Shown here: positions 58,371 through 60,614 of the stretch, in pieces
Layout of the letters: every line of letters begins with the position of its first letter
How positions within the stretch are numbered: the first letter of the stretch is position 1
From: Thermoplasmataceae archaeon
GTDB taxonomy: Archaea; Thermoplasmatota; Thermoplasmata; Thermoplasmatales; Thermoplasmataceae
Length of the DNA: 60,614 nucleotides
Reading direction: 5' to 3'
NCBI GenBank assembly: GCA_031961205.1
Contig: JAVRLS010000001.1
Coordinates: forward strand, 1-60,614
Made by a program: the position numbers and the translations under genes
Notes under the pieces: model-generated
The model's database searches: none
The model's input: the letters and a program-made list of their open reading frames with translations, nothing else
Told to the model about the DNA's origin: nothing

Positions 58371-59444
58371 TCAATCTACGTATGATCCTTTTGCAAGCCT
58401 GTTAAGAAGGTATATGAAAAAGGGTACGCCTATTATTCCGGTTATGATTCCTATCGGTATTGTTTCCTGCGATATTACAAGTTTTGAGATATCATTGGCC
58501 ACTATCAGGAATATTGACCCGAAGATAGCAGATGATGGTATAACGTATCTATTTGAACCGCCGTAAACAAGGCGTGATACGTGGGGCATTATCAGGCCAA
58601 CAAATCCTATAAGGCCAGATATTGATACCGCTGCAGAAGTGCTAAGAGTTACAAGCGCTATGAGGATGGCTTTTGATCTTTCAACGTTGACCCCTATTGA
58701 TCGCGCATGCGCTTCTCCCATCTGAAGTGCATCCATTTCACGCCTCTGCAGAAATATAAATATTGATGTTATCGACGTAACCAAGAAAAGCATTGATATT
58801 TCCTCCCATGTTATAGTCTGCAGGGATCCCAGAAGCCAGAAATATTCCGTACCTTCAAGGTTTATATTCGTGTATATCAAGAATGATACTATGGAGGATG
58901 CAAAAAATGATAGCGATATTCCGATAAGAAGCAGGTAAGTTGGCGGAACTTTTCCGTGCCTGTATGATATCATGTAAACGATTCCCACTATAACCAGGCT
59001 GAATATGAATGCGTTCAGCTGCATTGTGTAAAAACCGAAGAAAGAAAGGGAAAGTGTGATGCTTATGACTGCCCCTAGAGCGGCTCCGCTGGATATCCCT
59101 ATAATGTACGGTTCCGTGATTGGATTTCTGAATATGCTCTGTATCACGGCCCCCCCTATACCGAGAGTTGATCCTATAAGTATACCCCCTATTATCTGGG
59201 GTTCCCTCAGGGAAGTTACGATCCGGTACTGAGTCAGGGGAACAGATGCGTGCACGAAACTCCCGAAAAATGGAATCTGGCCTGCAACTATATATAACGT
59301 GTTCCTGACAGGTACGTTCACGCTTCCAATTCCCATGGAAAATATGGATACGAATATGAGAAGAAGTATTGATATCCCGAAAGAAATGCCAGTTCTGTGG
59401 TTTATCTGAAATTTATATTTTCTTCTGTTCTCAAACAAGTACAC
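58371..59444 (-). CDS. ABC transporter permease, FecCD/BtuC family (iron-chelate or cobalamin type)
   Basis: 357-aa ORF with ~10 TM segments. FecCD pattern (GAALGAV, RLVYGGSNRYVIPSSAIFG, IPIGIITGIIGVPFFIYLL). Confidence 0.85.
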   Translation of the reverse strand: MYLFENRRKYKFQINHRTGISFGISILLLIFVSIFSMGIGSVNVPVRNTLYIVAGQIPFFGSFVHASVPLTQYRIVTSLREPQIIGGILIGSTLGIGGAVIQSIFRNPITEPYIIGISSGAALGAVISITLSLSFFGFYTMQLNAFIFSLVIVGIVYMISYRHGKVPPTYLLLIGISLSFFASSIVSFLIYTNINLEGTEYFWLLGSLQTITWEEISMLFLVTSITSIFIFLQRREMDALQMGEAHARSIGVNVERSKAILIALVTLSTSAAVSISGLIGFVGLIMPHVSRLVYGGSNRYVIPSSAIFGSIFLIVANDISKLVISQETIPIGIITGIIGVPFFIYLLNRLAKGSYVD

Positions 59445-59577
59445 TTACCCCTATCAAGTTCACTTTACTAAGGTTAAATTCATTTTAGATTTAAAACTTA
59501 CCCAACGGATCAGGTCGATAAAAAATTTTATATATGAAGTTATTTTACCAAAACTAAAGTAATTTGAGTGAGCTGAA

Positions 59578-60537
59578 ATGAATAAAAGAAGTCAAATACT
59601 GGCAATTGCCATTGTTCTGATAATTATCGCCGGATCATCGGCATATTTCTACGAGAAGGGTATAGGTACAGAGAATAACGTTAAGGTTTATAGTCCGGGA
59701 GAAGCGCTTCCGTTTCACAACCTGACAAGAATCGTATCTCTTCTTCCCAGCATAACTGCGAATTTGTACGCTATCGGAGCGGAGAAGGATTTAGTCGGAA
59801 TAAGTACGTATACATCATATCCGGCTAATATTTCCCTGCCTGTAGTTGCATCGCTGAGTACAGTAAATTACGAAGAACTTGTGAATCTATCTCCCCAGGC
59901 CGTCATAACGATACCTGATTATTATCCGTCATCGGTCATCGAAAAAATAGTTCAGCTGGGAATTCCTGTTATAGAGGTAGGACAGGATAATTTTTCACAG
60001 ATAGAGCAACAGATCACCGCACTCGGGCAGATCACCGGAACCTCTCATAACGCCAACCTGACAGATGCCTGGATTAACCAGACACTTTCTGAACTTCATA
60101 GCGATGCCCTGAATTATTCAAATGGAACGCCGCAGACCGTTTTCTATCTTTTGAGCACTGAAGGGGGAATCTGGACAGCAGGAAATAATACGTTCATAAA
60201 TGATTTCTTCAACATAGCCAATCTGAAAAATATAGCAAACGGAACCGGTTACTATGCGATATCCGGTTCTTCGATCATAAGTGAAAATCCTGACATTGTC
60301 ATCCTTGATCACTATGTGAATTCCAGCGTAATGAAGTCATATCCAATGAGCTATACAAATGCTTATACGAATAGAACATATTACTCAGTATTCAACGATA
60401 ATTATTTTAATCAACCTGATTTCAGGTCTGTTTATGCAGTCCAGTGGCTAATAGATGAGGTTTACGGGAAAAATGTAAGCATTGCGCCCTTTCCCATCAA
60501 CCTGAATGACAATCCTGAGCCTGTGATACTGAGATGA
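59578..60537 (+). CDS. ABC transporter substrate-binding protein (FecB/BtuF-type periplasmic binding protein fold), membrane-anchored
   Basis: 319-aa ORF. N-terminal TM anchor, RIVSLLPSITANLYAIGAEKDLVGIS motif, many N-X-S/T sequons. Divergent from the permease. Confidence 0.8.
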   Translation: MNKRSQILAIAIVLIIIAGSSAYFYEKGIGTENNVKVYSPGEALPFHNLTRIVSLLPSITANLYAIGAEKDLVGISTYTSYPANISLPVVASLSTVNYEELVNLSPQAVITIPDYYPSSVIEKIVQLGIPVIEVGQDNFSQIEQQITALGQITGTSHNANLTDAWINQTLSELHSDALNYSNGTPQTVFYLLSTEGGIWTAGNNTFINDFFNIANLKNIANGTGYYAISGSSIISENPDIVILDHYVNSSVMKSYPMSYTNAYTNRTYYSVFNDNYFNQPDFRSVYAVQWLIDEVYGKNVSIAPFPINLNDNPEPVILR

Positions 60538-60541
60538 TCTT

Positions 60542-60614
60542 TCACAGGCCCAGCTTTATTACTATGAACAGGGAGAATAATGTTATTATAAGAACCGGCA
60601 AGGCGTTTGCAAAC
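60542..60614 (-). CDS. C-terminal fragment of an unidentified membrane protein (gene starts beyond window)
   Basis: The minus-strand frame reads ...FANALPVLIITLFSLFIVIKLGL then TGA at 60544-60542. It is hydrophobic, and only 24 codons are visible. Confidence 0.3.
   Translation of the reverse strand, partial: FANALPVLIITLFSLFIVIKLGL

Noticed and set aside
58312-58566. 84-aa plus-strand ORF
   Set aside because: It lies mostly antisense to the 3' end of the FecCD permease gene.
1-60614. Scan for CRISPR arrays, rRNA genes, intact IS elements or transposases, integrases, inteins and tRNA introns
   Set aside because: I saw no regularly spaced direct repeats, no rRNA-like GC-rich blocks, no DDE, tyrosine-recombinase or TnpB-like ORFs and no over-long host proteins. 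All four tRNAs fold without introns.

Overview
This 60.6-kb window is an AT-rich archaeal chromosome segment, and nearly all of it is conserved housekeeping sequence. It looks like Thermoplasmata/Thermoplasmatales. From memory, the proteasome alpha subunit matches the classical Thermoplasma acidophilum sequence over long stretches. The GHMP-kinase at 37.5 kb matches the Thermoplasma-type mevalonate-3-kinase. The ribosomal protein set is the archaeal one.

Gene content, left to right:
- fixC-fixX-etfB-etfA (minus strand, etfA runs off the window edge)
- rdgB and a kae1-bud32 fusion
- rps6e and aIF2-gamma
- an HxlR-like regulator, tRNA-Gly, tpiA, dCMP deaminase
- a DUF309 protein and an SDR
- an MFS sugar porter
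- Sm-like protein, rpl37e and purF
- a 16.5-kb minus-strand block: rpl3 through rpl15, then secY, adkA, a DUF106/YidC-like protein, cmk, cbf5 and a nop5-like gene
- tRNA-Gln, an M50 site-2 protease, a DedA protein
- mevalonate-3-kinase and Sec61-beta
- a small gene-poor patch next to tRNA-Pro
- stomatin
- the exosome superoperon neighbourhood: psmA, SBDS, rrp4, rrp41, rrp42, rpl37ae, rpoP, pus10, rpl21e, rpoF, DUF655, ksgA
- an MFS transporter, a TatD-like hydrolase, tRNA-Arg, an orphan radical-SAM/SPASM protein
- gcvPA and gcvPB, a YwiC-like membrane protein
- a FecCD-type permease with its binding protein, but no ATPase

Four real genes fall below the 60-aa cutoff of the ORF track, and I recovered them by hand translation: rps14, rpl37e, rpoP and Sec61-beta. 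I found no rRNA, no CRISPR array and no intact IS or transposase.

I did not find a convincing new multi-gene system. The observations most worth a second look are:
- a MITE-like hairpin repeat present in two copies
- an rpl4 whose conserved N-terminus has no canonical start codon; ACG sits behind a well-placed SD
- a cbf5 ORF that reads 70 codons out of frame through the start of the adjacent short nop5-like gene
- several unusually long stop-riddled spacers: 12.0-12.9, 14.4-15.15, 36.8-37.5, 38.5-38.9, 39.8-40.6 and 47.26-47.8 kb
- an orphan two-gene cassette beside tRNA-Pro

All calls come from reading the sequence and from remembered family motifs. No searches were run.
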